Source: the human T2T-CHM13v2.0 reference genome, Homo sapiens. Taken from it: 64,000 nt of DNA. Below are positions 1 to 21,386 of this stretch, in pieces. The stretch is taken from NCBI RefSeq assembly GCF_009914755.1, contig NC_060932.1; one strand, given 5' to 3'. Positions within the stretch are counted from its first letter, which is position 1; each line of letters begins with the position of its first letter. The notes below the pieces were generated by a model. That model worked only from the letters and a program-made list of their open reading frames with translations. It was not told the origin of the DNA and ran no database searches. Made by a program: the position numbers and the translations under genes.

Positions 1-1580
1 CTGGAATCCCACAGACATTGAATGAGGAGAAGCTGAACATCTCTGAGGACCTATCTCCTCAAGAGCTATGGAAAAGTGGGAAACTGCAGTGACAGCAAGG
101 ATACCAGGAAATCTTGTCTTTAAAATTTTTGAACGTAATTCTGGCTTGTACTCAGCTCATGGCTGCATCATTCTCTCTTCAGAAAAGGCTAGAACAAGAT
201 TTCCTGAAATGATATATGTTCAAGAGCTACCACATATTTGGGAGAAAGTGTCATTCCTAATGGCAGACCATAAAAGCACTATCTGGTAATTTACTTTTAT
301 GTTTCAGTTTTGAACTTCTTCCAGGTGCTTCCTAAATATTAATATCTGGTCTCTGTTTTATGTTTGGGTGGAAAGTTGGGGAGAGTATAGCCCAAGGAGC
401 TGAGGAGCAACGATGAAGCCACATACCTGTGAGCACTGTGACTTTTAGGCCTTGTGGCAACTATGACTCATCTGTCACCTCTGCCTGGACAGAGTGTGCT
501 CTGTTAATATTGTGGTAAAAACAACACTAAGTATGCCCATTTACTTATATGCATTTATATGTGTCCGCTTTATACACTACCTGGAAGCTTCCATAAGAAG
601 AGACTGTTTCCAGTCACTGCCGCCACGGAGGAAATGGATGCTATGCGGCAGGCTCCCTGAATGCCTGCTAGAACCATGTGAATTGTATGTGTATGTATGC
701 ATTAACTTATATTTATTTGTTTATTTACTGATATAAAATTAACATAAAATTGGCCATTTTAAAGTATGTAATTCAGTGGTAGCACATTCACAATGCTGTA
801 CTACCAACTCTATATCATTCCAAAACAGTTCAGTCACACCAAAGGAAATCCTGTACATATTAAGCAGTCCCTCCCCACTAACCCCTTCCCCAGCCCATTG
901 CAACCACCAGTCTGCTTTCTGTTTCTGTGTATTTGTCTATTCTGAATATTTCATACAAATAGAATGATAACAGCATCTGACCTTTTGTGTCTGGCTTCTT
1001 AAACTTAGGATAATGTTTTCAAGGCTCATCCATGCTGTAGCATGTACCAGTATTTCATTTCTTTTTATGGCTGAATAATATTCTGTTGTATAGATATATC
1101 ACATCTTATGCATTTATCAGTTTATGGACATTTGTGTTGTTTTCACTTTTTGGCTATTATGAATAATGTTGCTACGAACATCTGCACAGAAGTTTTTCTG
1201 TGGACATCTGTTTTCATTTCTCTTGGTGTAGATATGCTTAGGAGTAAGTTACTGGGTCATATGGTAATTATGTGTTTAACTTTTTGAGGAACCACCCTAC
1301 TGTTTTCCACAGTGGCTACATCATTTTAAATTTTCACCAGTGGTGCAATTTCTCCACATCCTCGCCAGCACTTGCTATTTTCTTTTTGTAACAATAACCA
1401 TCCTAATGGGTGTGAAGTGGTATCTCACTGTGGCTTTTATTCACATCTCTCTAATGACTGATGATGAGCTTCTTTTCATGTGCTCATTGTCCATTTGCAT
1501 ATCTACTATGGAGAAATGATTTTTCAAGTCTTTTTTTAAAATTATATTGTATTTTTATTGTTGAGTTGTAAGAGTTTTCT

Positions 1581-2663
<1,083 letters not shown>

Positions 2664-2796
2664 TGTAAGAGTTCTATTTTTATATATTGTAGATATAAGA
2701 CCCCTATAATATACATGCTTTGCGAAATTTTCCTCCCATCCTGTAGGTTGTCTTTTTACTTTCTTGATAGTGTCCTTTGATACACAGAAGTTTTAA

Positions 2797-2947
2797 TTTT
2801 TTTTTTTTTTAAAGAGACAGGGTCTTGCTCTGTCACCCAGGCTGGAGTGCAGTGGTGGGATTATAGCTCACTGCAGCCTCAAACTCTTGGACTCAGGCGA
2901 GCTTCTCAAAGTGCTGGGATTGTAAGGGTGAGTCACTATGCCCAGCC
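2797..2947 (-). mobile_element. AluJ-type monomer
   Basis: Poly-T plus a single Alu arm, with flanking aagtttta duplication. Confidence 0.85.
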
Positions 2948-3195
2948 AAGTTTTATGTTTGATGACACTCAAATTGTCTATTTTTTCTTTTGTTGCTTGT
3001 GCTTTTGGTATCTTTTCTAAGAACTGTTATCAAATCCAAGGTCATGAAGATTTACTCCTGTGTTTTTGTTCAAGAATGTTACAGTTTTAGCCTGTGTATG
3101 CATTTAGGTATTGGGGACATTTTAAATTAATTTGGCTAGCTCATTGCAATTCCCCCTTAATCTTAGGATTGACATTTCTATTTCTGCGAAAATAG

Positions 3196-3448
<253 letters not shown>

Positions 3449-4374
3449 GAGCCTTATCAAAAACCATTGGTTTTTGATAAGGATTGCATTGAATCACTAT
3501 ATGGCAGTAGCTTAATAATATTCAGTTTTTCAGTTCATGAAGACAAGATGCCTTTCCATTTATTTAGGTCTTCTTTAATTTCTTTCAGAAATGTTTTGGA
3601 GTTTTCATTGTACAAGTCTTATATTTCCTTATTTACATTTCTATTTTATTATTTTGATGTTATTATAAACCAGTTTGTTTCTTAATTTTCTTTTCAGATT
3701 GTTCATTGCTAGTGTATAAAAAAAACAACTTATTTTTGTTTGTTGATCTTGTATCCTGCAACTTTGCTGAAGTTTTTAGCTGTAACAGATTTTTGTGGAT
3801 TTTTAAAAAATTTTCTACATAAAAGATTGTCATCGCGAGTAAAGACAGTTTTACTTCTTCCTTTCCAATTTGTTTTTTATTTATTTCTTTTTCTTAATTG
3901 CTGTAGGTAGAATTTCCAGTACAGCGTTGAATGGAAGTAGCAAAAGCAGGAATCATTGTTTTGTTCCTGATCTTGGGGAGAGCTCTCATTCTTTCACCAT
4001 TGAGTGTGTTAGCTGTGGAGTTTTCATCAATGCCCTATGCCAGGTTGAGGAAGTTCCTTCTTTTCCTGCTTTGTTGAGTCTTTTTTGTCCTGAAAGAATC
4101 TTGGATTTTGTCAAGTGCTTTTTCTGCACAGTATAATCACACTTTTTAAATTTTATATACTATATAGTTAGGAATCAGAGAAGTGTGTTACCTACAGTGA
4201 TTCTTAGTAGAGAAGGTGTTTATAACCAAATTACTGAAATAATTGCTTTGAGTCATCAGGATATAGAACCAGTTCAATTCTACTGGATCCTTCTTTGCAG
4301 TGATATTCTCTATAGTGGGAATTTACAAATATGTACGTATCATTACTTTTTTATTTAATTACTTTTAACATGCT

Positions 4375-4945
4375 TCTCATTTTAAAATAGTTTTAGCTGT
4401 ATAGAAAAGTTTGCGAAGATAATACAGAGCATTCCCAAATACAGAGTGTTCCCACGTACTCCATACCCAGTTTCCCCTGTTGTTACATCTTACATTATTA
4501 TGACACATACATAACAATTAATTAAGCAGTATTGTCACAATATTATTCACTGAAGTTCATACTTTATTTAAATCTCCTTAGATTTTCCCTGATGTCCATT
4601 TTCTGTTGCAGCACCCCATTCGTGATAGCACATTACATCTCATTGTCATGTCTCCTTAGGCTCCTGTAGACTTTCTTAAATGCTTTTTGCTTTTTATTAC
4701 CAGGACAATTTTGAGGATTACTGGACAGATATTTTGTAGAGGATCCCTTATTTTGTGTTTTTTTTATATATATTTAGACAGGTATGGATTTGGGAGAAAA
4801 AGATTGCCTACATAAAATTCCATTTTCATTACATCCTATCAAAGGTACATACTATCAACATGATGTATCTCTGCTGGCATTAATCATAGTTGCTGGCTCA
4901 GGTAGCAATCATGATTTGTCTGGTGTCTATGAAGTTACTTTTTAA
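4375..4945 (-). mobile_element. L1MC/L1MD-like 3' end
   Basis: Similar to old L1M 3'UTR (cccagtttcccctgttgttacatcttac; gtcatgtctccttagg) and paralogous to 24800-26000. Confidence 0.7.
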
Positions 4946-5359
4946 GAAAATTAAGCTATTTTTAAACTCCCATTTTATAATGCCTGGGAGGTGAAGCTGG
5001 AGCATGCACTGTTACCTCCATTGGTACCTAAGATAGTCTGAAGCAAGAGCATTTGTGACATAGACAACAACATCAGAGAAGGCGTGGCATACAAGCTAAA
5101 TTTCTGAGTAGTCTTTGAAGTCAACTGTTATTCATGTTTGTTTCAGGATTAATGGTATAGGATTGGGGGCACTTCTAAGACCTTAAACATAATTTTGCAG
5201 TGGATAAATATATCAGATTGTATCCATTCATCAGTTTATGGACATTAGGGCCATCAAAAGATGCAGCATCACCCTTCAGTGCTGTCAAATGGAAATAATA
5301 AGGCCTGTTGTAAGTTGCCTTTTGTTGCAAGTGTTAAATAGGATAATATATAAGAGATG

Positions 5360-5465
5360 TTGTTCCATTAATAGACCTTTGTCAAGTGCCTACTGTGTCA
5401 CATCATCCTGCAGTGCAAACAGTGGCATGTACAAAAGAGAGAAAAAACAGCTCCTGTCCTAAAAT
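5360..5465 (-). mobile_element. L2 3' fragment
   Basis: tcaagtgcctactgtgtca...ctcctgtcct is typical L2 3' text. Confidence 0.5.
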
Positions 5466-6509
5466 ATCTGTATGAATAAAAGCCACCTCCATAATAAGTT
5501 TTGTCCTGGATGATATGAGCTAATGTTTCCAAAATACTGACCTTAGATTACTTTATGCCATTTTGGGAGTGGGAAGTACTAACTTAAAATGAATATTGCT
5601 TCTCTGAGCCACATTGTTGGTGTTCAGCTGCTGCTCAGTTCTTGGGGTGCGCCAGAGACAAGCCCCAGTCTTCAGGGCAGTGACAATCATGTCATCAAGA
5701 CTTGCCACAGCTTTGGGTACGCTATGTTCTAATAGATTTCCTTTAGGCCAAAAGATATCTTTAATGCCAGTAAGTGCACTGCAGAGGTTTAATGTATTGG
5801 GCAAGGATCTCTAAAGTCAGGAGACCAATGCAGAGTTAACACGCTTTTGTGTACGTGGTTTGTGTTTGAATCAGAATTCCTCTCGTGTCATTTTCTAGTT
5901 GGTTTGGCTGGATTTTTTTTTTAAGTAATATAATCTCATTCCTTTATCTTCTGCAAAAGAGATCCATCTATCGGTGTAAAGGCTTTTCCTGTCATCCTCT
6001 TCATTCTATACAGTCCGGCTATCATTATTCAGTCTTGAAGGAAAACCAAACTGAGTTTATTAAAATCTGATATGAATTAAAAAAAATTTTTCCCTTTAAG
6101 GTGCATACATTAACTCAAACTGTAATATAATATTACCAAGGGTGATAGATAGGTTGCACAGTAAACATTCTATAAATTTTAGCAGGAATTAATTTTTTTA
6201 TTCAGCTATAGATTTTAATAATTTTATTTTCTAAATATAAATTTTGAAAACATGTCAGTGCATATTATACACGAAGGAGATAAACAATTGTGTTATTTTC
6301 TCAGAATTACCTGGCAAGTAATTTATTACTATATACAAGGCCTTAGTTTTAAAAACCCGCATATAATTGTTTTATATAATTAAAATAGTTTGTGTGTGTG
6401 TGTACTTTGAGGTAAGAACAGCTGAGCAACCAACTTTTAAAGTAATCGTTTTTTAGTTCCATTGGTCTTTTTAGCTTTATTTATGAGAACTTACAACTTA
6501 GTTTAGGAA

Positions 6510-6825
6510 CAATATCAATGTCAAAAATGGGATACTATGCTGTCATCTAAAATTAAGGAATGTGAACAGTCTGTGTTAATATGGAATGATCACAAGGATT
6601 ATTATAATAAATGAACAAGGTCCAAAACAAGCACAAAAGTGTGTTACCATTTGGTTAAAACAAAGTGCCATAGGCACTAATGTTCTTTCTATGCATGAAA
6701 TATCTTTGGAAGATACACAAGAAGCTGGCAACTTTAATTGCCCCATGGGAGAATGAGGCAGTTAGGAATAGAAGGGAGAAGTTTGAATTTTGAACTATGT
6801 GAATGGGTTACCTGTGTTAAAAATT
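6510..6825 (+). mobile_element. L1ME-like 3' end
   Basis: aatgggatactatgctgtcat...tttgaactatgtgaatg is typical of old L1ME 3'UTR. Confidence 0.55.
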
Positions 6826-7340
6826 AGCCTTTTGTAATGAATAATCTAAAACAGAGTCCTGGCCAGCTTTAAGATTTGTTAATGATTAAGTTGGTTTTAG
6901 TCATGGAGTTGATCTTGTGTGCTCTGAGATATAATTCTACACAATGAATCTCTGCATATGTCTTTTTAGGTGGTAGGATTATTCAGCTTTAAATAATTTA
7001 GATGTTTGGGGTCTTGGTTTAAATGTCTTTTTGGTGTTAACAGAATCATGGACTCTTAAGAGTTCAATTGGCCCTTAAATACTAGTTACAAATTATTGAT
7101 TTACTACTTCGTCTCAGCTGCACATTTGAGCACCTCCCATGGTGGCACATTGCTCTACTGCAGCCCCTGTGCAGCTCCCTTTCCTAGAAGGCTCTCTCCT
7201 ATCTTGAGCTTGAACCTCTCTCCCTGGATCTTCTGCCCCTTGGAACTGACGCTTCCTCTCAGGGTCATGTAGGGTCACATAGGATCAGTCTGTTTGCTTT
7301 TTCTACATGATACTCTGAATATGCATATATGTATATTACC

Positions 7341-7473
7341 CTTTTTTTTTTTTTAAGGGATGGGGTCTCACTCTGTTGCCTAGGCCCAGTCATGGCTCAC
7401 TGCAGCCTCATCAACCTCCTGGGCTCAAGTGATTTTCCTGCTTCAGCCTCTTGAGTAGCTGGAACCACAAGTG
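7341..7473 (-). mobile_element. AluJ/FRAM fragment
   Basis: Poly-T plus partial right arm. Confidence 0.8.
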
Positions 7474-7978
7474 CTAAGTCTTTATAGTGCTGAGCTTCAC
7501 ATTCTTTTCTCCTCTGGCTCTTTAATGTCTTTAAGAGCAACTCTATTAATATTAGTTACAAAATAATTTTAGCCACCTGCTCAGCACATGTATTCTATTT
7601 CCCCCACCGTGCTGCCTTTAAGGTGGTGTAGTTAAATGAAAAAAGGAATAAGGAGGAAAGGAAGGAAGAGAAGAAAGTTTATGCTAAAGATTGACCAGAG
7701 AATTCTATATCATGTCTGTGCTGAAGGAGCCCACTATCTTTTCAGGAAGATAGAGAGGATGTATTCATACACATGCATGTGTTCTATTCTAATAGAATGC
7801 AAGCTATTAATAGAAAGCGTACTAGCAGGATACAGATCAGAGAATTACAGCAGCTGCCAGGAGTAGTCAAGGAAGACATTTTGAAAGACAAAGTTCAGCC
7901 AGGTTTTGAGAAGGACAAGTTAGATCTCTCTGTGATGGTAACATGGGATCATTTGGTTTTGTTTTGATTATGAGATGA

Positions 7979-8638
<660 letters not shown>

Positions 8639-8645
8639 CATTTAA

Positions 8646-8975
<330 letters not shown>

Positions 8976-9451
8976 AATTCATATGGGTTTTAGTGTGTTC
9001 ACAATGTTATTGTGACCATCACCACTATCTAATTCCAAATGTCTGGATCATTCCATTTTTTAATAATTCCTTACATGAATCATCTTGAAAGTGAAGCCCA
9101 AATGAATCATCTGGGCATGTCATGTAGTCTCACCCTGCCTTGGCTGCCTCGTCTGTAGATTGTAGATTTGGGTTATGTGATCTCTTCATCCTCTCATCTC
9201 TGTTCTCGCTTCTGTCTTATTGTGCGCGCCTCTCTCTTGATGACCTGAGCGTCTTTGAAGGAAGGGGCTCTGCCCTTTCTTGCCTGTGTGTGCACATATC
9301 CATTTGGCCCAGGCCTCTCAGTGCCGTCTGGCACAGAGCTGTGTGAATACAGGGCCCCCATAAATGTTTATTAGAGAAATCAAAGGTGTGCTCAGTTCTA
9401 AGTTGAGTGCCTAGACTACAGTCAGATTTTCAAACTTTAAAAGTTCAAGTA

Positions 9452-10050
<599 letters not shown>

Positions 10051-10890
10051 GACTTGAAGTCAGAGACCCACCGCTTGGAGCAGCTGTACAGCCTGTGACG
10101 TTCCCTAAGCTTCTGGCCTCCTGGCCACAGGAGGCATAGTCCTCCAAGGGCTGATTAGAGGTAAGACTCGGCCTGAGTCAGGCCTATACTCAGGCACTGC
10201 TGACCTGACGCGGGTCTCCTTTGGTGCTCTGCCTCACCTGCTGCAGCCTCACAGCCAGCTAGGGGGTGCACAGAAGGTGGAGTTAATGACAGGATGTCAT
10301 GGGAAGTAGGGGCTGGCGTCCCAGGAGGATGGGGGTGACTCGAGAGTTAGCATCTGTACTACAGATTAATGTCCCAGGCACAGCATCGGCCCTGCATGGA
10401 TGAGGCGAAAACCCTTTCATCCACCAGGATAACTAATTGAATCACACTTTGAGCCTCTTCAAGAAAATGAAAAAATGTCAGGTCAACTCCCTAAATTTTC
10501 AGTTGACGTTGCAAGTAACCTCATACATTAAAAGGCTAGGTTAGGTCAAGCCCATAATATGAAATTATCCAGGCACCCTCTTTGGTTTATTCTTGGCCAT
10601 GTTCACTTAGCCACATCTAGAATGAGATGGAGTAGAAAAACACTTGTGAGTGCCAGGACACCCATGTTCTTTTTGCCACTAAGCAGCGTGGCCCACAGCA
10701 GTCTCAGTATCCGCTACGCCCTAGTCTGTCCATCTGTGAGATGAAGATGAGAGAAATTGCCACAGGACCTTGTAGTGCACTAACAGCTTGGAGTTTTTTA
10801 GCCATGTAAAGAATTAAAATGAGGATCATCTCTTTATCATAAGATTGCCTCCTCTTGTAAAGTAAGTCACTGAATAAGAAATGATTTACC

Positions 10891-15132
<4,242 letters not shown>

Positions 15133-16155
15133 GAAATGATTTACCGCTAGTAGGAATTTCTGATGTCACAAAAAAAATGTTTCCCTTTACTTAAGAATTT
15201 TGAATATTTGATAAGGCATTAATTTATCTGTGATATATATTTTCATACGAAAACCAAAGTACCCTAAGTGTGTGTATGTGTTTAAGAAATTGCTCAGGAT
15301 ACTCTGTCTCTGCTTTTGAAAACTTTCTCTTCCTTCTATGTGTTATAGAACTAAATCCAAACGGGAAATTTGGCTTTGTGCACTGACAGATCATGTGATT
15401 CCTCCCCCCTCCCTGGCCCCCAGCACCCCCATCGGTGCTCAGCGAGTCCCCTGCACACTCTGTTCAGTAAACAAGTTTAGAGAACCAGACCCGCCGGTTC
15501 ATTCACTGAGAGCATTTGGAAAGGGCTGTCTTTGTGCAGCCTTGACGTACTGGCCGGAGTGGAATGGAGAAGTTAGCATTTGTGTTTTCATTAGTTCTTT
15601 TTATAGCAGCGGACCAGCTGGAACTGGTTAACATTAGCCTGGGCTGCCTGGTAGTGCACAGGTCTCTTACGCAGGATGAAGGGCTTCTGATGAAAACAGA
15701 TTTTGTTACTCATGATACCACTGACTGTGTTTACATGAACTCACTCATTCTGTCATGGGATGTGATTTAGAATGGCTTCCTTAAAATGCAGGAACTCCCT
15801 AGGTGCTATTCAGATCCATCCTTAAAAACAAACGAGAGACTCAAAAATATAGATGGCTTTCCCTATTAAACTAGCCATCCTTCCACAGAACATGCTTCCT
15901 GAGATAATGCTTTTAAAGAAAGCTAAATTTTGGCTACTTGGGATGTTTTCCCCATGGTGTTTTAAAAATTGGTTAGAGAAGGTTGTTTTTCCTCCAGTAA
16001 CAGCAAGGAATCATCATCTTATGGGGATAGAGAATAATTTAACCAACCATTTCTGACAAAGTTCAACAGAATTGTTCCATGTTTTCATGGGTAGAATTCT
16101 GACTAAAGGCAAAAATTAACAATTTTAAGAATCATTAGTTTAGGATACATTAATA

Positions 16156-16460
16156 TAAGTTGAGCATCCCTAAGCCAAAACTTGTTGAGCACCAGCATGA
16201 GTGGCTGAAATAGTGACACCTTTTCTTTCTTATGAGTCAGTGTACACAACTTTGTTTCATGTATAAAATAATTTAAAATAAAAATAAAATGCATAAAATT
16301 ACCTTCAGGCTATCTGTATAAGGAATATATGAAACATAAATGAATGTCATGTTTAGACTTGGGTCCCATCCCCAAGATATCTTATTATGTCTATGCAAAT
16401 ATTTCAAATCTGAAAAAAAACTCCTGTCCCAAGCAATTTGGGTAGGGAATAGTCAACCTG
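16156..16460. mobile_element. Tigger4/MER46-like (TcMar-Tigger) non-autonomous DNA transposon
   Basis: TIR-like ends taagttgagcatccc and gggaatagtcaacctg, with internal tttagacttgggtcccatccccaagatatc. Confidence 0.85.
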
Positions 16461-17044
16461 TGTATCATGAATACACATATACTGACTTCTGTCTAACAAA
16501 ATGGAAATGGGAGATAAAAAACATCGAATGGAGAATGTTTGTTGGTTTTTTGGTGTGGCTTGTTTTGGGATTAAAGTATAAACCAACTTAGCCAATATTC
16601 TCAAGTAGCTGAAAATCTGTAGGGCTCAGCTACTTTCTGGATCAGTCTCATTGAAAATGTATCCTCCATTTAAACTTAATTTATTTGCAAAAATGAGTTT
16701 AGGGCCTTTGAAAAGTGCTAAATGATTAAGTTGTAAAAATATAAGGACTGAGATTCTCCCTTTAAGGGTCACAGCAGCTGTTTGAAGAGATGCAGGCATC
16801 TCTCACAGTTTAGCTAGATGACTTAAGGAAAAGTTTCGTTTGATTCTTCCTGATGCTGTCTTTTCCCCTAGAATAGGGTAGACAGTATTAGGAGTTTAGT
16901 AATCATATGTGTTAGGATGGTAGTAGGGACACAATTGTCATCCACCTCACAGGAGATTGTTTAGTAGATTAAGTGAGATAACAAAGATGAGATGCTGGAC
17001 ACCCAGTAGGTCTGGGTTTTGGGGGTTTTATTTTATTTATACAT

Positions 17045-17547
<503 letters not shown>

Positions 17548-18049
17548 TAATCTATATAAATAGGTAAATTTCTTTATGTCTGGTATTTCCCTTGACTTTT
17601 CTTAAAGGGATAAAAGGGAATTTTCAGCCACTTTTTTACTATAGTTCCAAGTTCCCATACTGCACATCAAAATAATACTTGAAGGTACAAATATGTACTT
17701 ATATATTTTGAACTATATGCAGAAAAAATGTAAAATTACAGTGCTGAATGTATTCATATGTTAATTTTTAGATAAAATAGCTTCTGTCACATGAGGTAAA
17801 ATGATGTGACATTTTGAAATGTCAAGTTTTCTCACCATACTTTGTCTCAAATATGTTAAATTACAAAATAATACACGTAGCAAATTGAATTTTTGAACCA
17901 AGATAAAGTAAAAATTAAAACCCTTATAGGAGAATTTATTGTTCACAAGTGAAAGAAGGAATACTGGGGAAAATAGAAGAGCCTCAGAAGGAAAAACATG
18001 TAAAATATGATGAAAGCAATATTTAATGTAAACGTTGAAAAGAGCAGTA

Positions 18050-18245
18050 GAGAGGAGTGGAAAAGCATCCAGGATTTGTCATCAAAAGCTCAAAATTCCG
18101 GTGCCAGCTCTGGTCTCTACAGGTTTGTGACCTGGGGCAACTTACTTAATTGCTCTGAGCTTCAGTTTTCCCAGTACTGAGTGGACAGAATAATATACTT
18201 TATATACATTGTTTTAGAGTGTTAAAGAAATGTGTGAAGTGCTTT
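18050..18245 (+). mobile_element. MIR
   Basis: MIR core gtgacctggggcaacttacttaattgctctgagcttcagttttc. Confidence 0.8.
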
Positions 18246-21200
18246 GCCCTAGAACTTTCCATTGCTATAAATACTACTGTTTACTGTCCACATAACAGAT
18301 GCAGTTCCCTACATCCATCCTGGGTGATCTGAAACTGCCTTCTGAGAAGCGTAGTTGGCCTTTCCAGGGCAATAGGACTTAAGAGGACCTGTAGCTTGTC
18401 TCAGTTACCCACACATTGGCCTTGGCTGTCATCCCAGCCTTTACAGGTGTGCATAGGTCAAATGTTGTAACTCTTTACTCAGAAAATACCACGTGACCTA
18501 TAGCCCCCTATGGTCTTCCCATGCACCTGTATGGCTGATCCGACGTTCCTGGTTCTTGTTCACATGGGATATAGACCACATCCATTTATTATGCCCTGTT
18601 GACTCAAGAAAGTAAAAGCTACAACCATGGGGCAGAAGGCACAGTACCCCTGTAACACGGAATCCCAGGCCTTCTTAAAGGGCAACCTACAGACTGTGAG
18701 AACAAGAACTCAACAACAGCCCCCAGCACCCTGAGGGAAGAGGCAGGCAGAGGCCAGGATGAGGGCGTCGGAGGGAGGGACGGAGAGAGACAGCGATGAA
18801 GAGGCTGAGGCCCTCATCTCTGACCACTCCCAAAGGTCACATAGGCACTGGATGGTAGAGGCAGAAAATAAGCCCTTTCTCTTTCCAAGTCTCTGCCCTG
18901 CCTCATGCAACCCATTGATCCTCTGACTCTGAAGTGGGCAGACGGGCACCCTAGACCCAAACTTGTGACTGCCCCAAGGCTTTGTAACCATGGGGAAAAG
19001 AAAGATTGCAGTCTTTAGTTGAAGACTTTGCATTCTCTGTGCCCTCGGTTATAACAATAGGTTTTTAGAAAAATCTGTCTTAGGGTCAATTTATAGTTCT
19101 TCAAAGTAAGAGCTGAGGCTTTTGTTGACAGTCAACTGGGTCTTACCTCCTGGTGGTTGCATATGGCATGCATTAATAAATGAATTCTAAAACCACACAA
19201 ATATTACTGAATATGTTCAAACTAAAAAGCAACACAGAAAAGTACTGGATTTATGATTCATCACAATAAATTTATCAGAGAAAATGGTGAAAGAGGAAAT
19301 GTGTGTCTCTAAAACAGATTTGGATTTTATTTATTTGGGACATATAAAAGAGGAAGGAAGAGTTGATAAAGAATTCTTATTTGACTCTTCAAAGTCACTG
19401 TTCACCAGAAATTCAGAGAATCAACATACAAATTACAATGGTAGTTTGTTTTCTGGAAGGCCAGTGAAATACAGCTCCTTAATTTATAATGAAATTTACT
19501 TTCTAACAAATTAAGTCTTTCTAATGAGACCAACATTGAGAATTCAGCCCTTACCTCGGGATGGTCTGAGAAAACCAAAAGGCCAACTGTTTTATTGCTT
19601 TAGATCAGTTAGGTGATGATAACTATGAGCATTTATAATAATATTTTAAATTGGCCCTGAGAGGCTTGAAGACATAGAACTGAATGTACTGCCAGATATT
19701 TTTGCAGGAGTCACAGATGTAAAAGAGAATTCTGCACACACATCCCCCTCCCCAGCACCCAAATGCAGCATATTTTCAGTTAAATCCTCTGGAATGGACT
19801 ATTTTTAGAGAAATGGCAGGGGGAAGGGTGGCTAGGAAGCATGTTCTTCACAACCTTTTTCATTATGTACTACAAAAAATATTTACGTTTTAATTTAATC
19901 ACGACATGTGCTGTACTGTGGTTCACCCTACTGAGAGTGAAATACCGAGTTGAACTACCATTTCATCTTCTTCAAGCAAACTGCAAAGTTTCGCCTACTC
20001 TGAAATTTGAGAGTTAACACATGGTACCCAGGCCTGGGCTAGGCTTGGCAAAATGCAAAATGCAAGCAACATTGCTCAACATCACACCCTTTCACTGCAC
20101 TCACAGCCCATCTTGTGCATAAAATAATGTGACAGCCTGGTTCATTAGTATTTTTCATGTAATTTTAAGTACCATTATAGGTTTCAAAATTTGCAAAAAT
20201 AGAAAAATTATTTTACTTCTACTCCCAGTATAATTATTTTACATATTATCTTCTAGTCTGTTTTATAATATTTATTTTAAATTGAAATCATAAAACTTTT
20301 TTTTGCTCTTAGCCAAAGAATGTCGGCAAACTCTAATGGTCCTCATTCCCACTGCACAGCATTTCAGTTTGACTTTACATACTCAGGGGAAAAGAAGGCA
20401 GCTTGGTTGAGAAACTGCAAGATCCCAAGTGCCTGTTTTTTGTCTTTTGTTTAGTCTTGTTTTTTTGTTTTTTGTTTTTTTGAGGAACTAATGAATAAAG
20501 CACACAAAATCTCCGAGCAGTAGCTGGCCTTTCAGGGGCACGCTGCACAGCAGTTCTGGAGAGGACAGTATCTCCAAGGGTGGGTGAGTTCCCCATTGCT
20601 CAGAGGAATCAGCCAAGGGGCCTGCAGCGGAAGCTCCCAGGCTGAGCTGGAACTTGAAACCAGGTCTGTCTGCCTCTGCACCTTCAAGCCAACAAGGGCA
20701 TAAGGCAATTTGCCTCTATAAATGTAGCATCCAACTTATTTCACATTCTGTGCTCAGTAGAACAGTGACCATTTAGAAACACTGGTAACAGCATAAAAAC
20801 AATTATTCTCATTCACTCTAACGGAAACTACCACTAGTACAGAATTGAAAAATACAAGTAATACTTTCATTTGAGGCATGAGCATTTATCTGTCAGCTTA
20901 ACTTGTGAGAAACCTGGCTGTCATGATAAGTGTCTGTAATCAGGAGTTAGGCAAATTAATATTATTTGCATTTTTTTATGTCTAGAAAATATTTATAAAC
21001 AAAAAGCCAGTCATCTGAGACTCTAATGAAGGAAGGAAGTCAAGACAAGGAAGTGTTTCCTTGTCTCCTCCTGCTTTTGTTGACTGTGTGGGTAGCCAGG
21101 AAAGGACTACAGTCTTCTGCATAGGAGGGGGATGGCAGCAGAAGCAACAGGACCATGAACCAAGGAGAATGTTCTCACCTGCTGCTGTTGGACCTCCAGG

Positions 21201-21301
21201 CCATGCCATCTGATGTGTATAAGAGGATATGGAAAGATTTAGGTTTTTTCTTTTTGAAGACTAGATATGCAAATGATTGAAAAAAAAAAAAAAAACAAAA
21301 A

Positions 21302-21386
21302 CCAAGCATGGTGGCTTTGGGAGGCCAGGGCAAGAGGATTGCTTGAGGTAAGGAGTTCAAGACCAACATGGGCAACCTGGGCAGAC
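21302..21386 (+). mobile_element. FLAM/Alu left-arm fragment
   Basis: tttgggaggcc...aggagttcaagacc...gggcaac. Confidence 0.75.

Noticed and set aside
7040-7320. Possible L3/CR1 fragment (also a possible hAT fragment at about 50030-50180 and LTR at about 29340-29520)
   Set aside because: Too degenerate to support by eye.
18759-18930. Small ORF MRASEGGTERDSDEEAEALISDH...
   Set aside because: About 55 codons with no recognised homology or splice context, compatible with chance.
19613-19690. C/D-box snoRNA-like motifs (GTGATGA...CTGA)
   Set aside because: No convincing terminal stem or rRNA-complementary guide.
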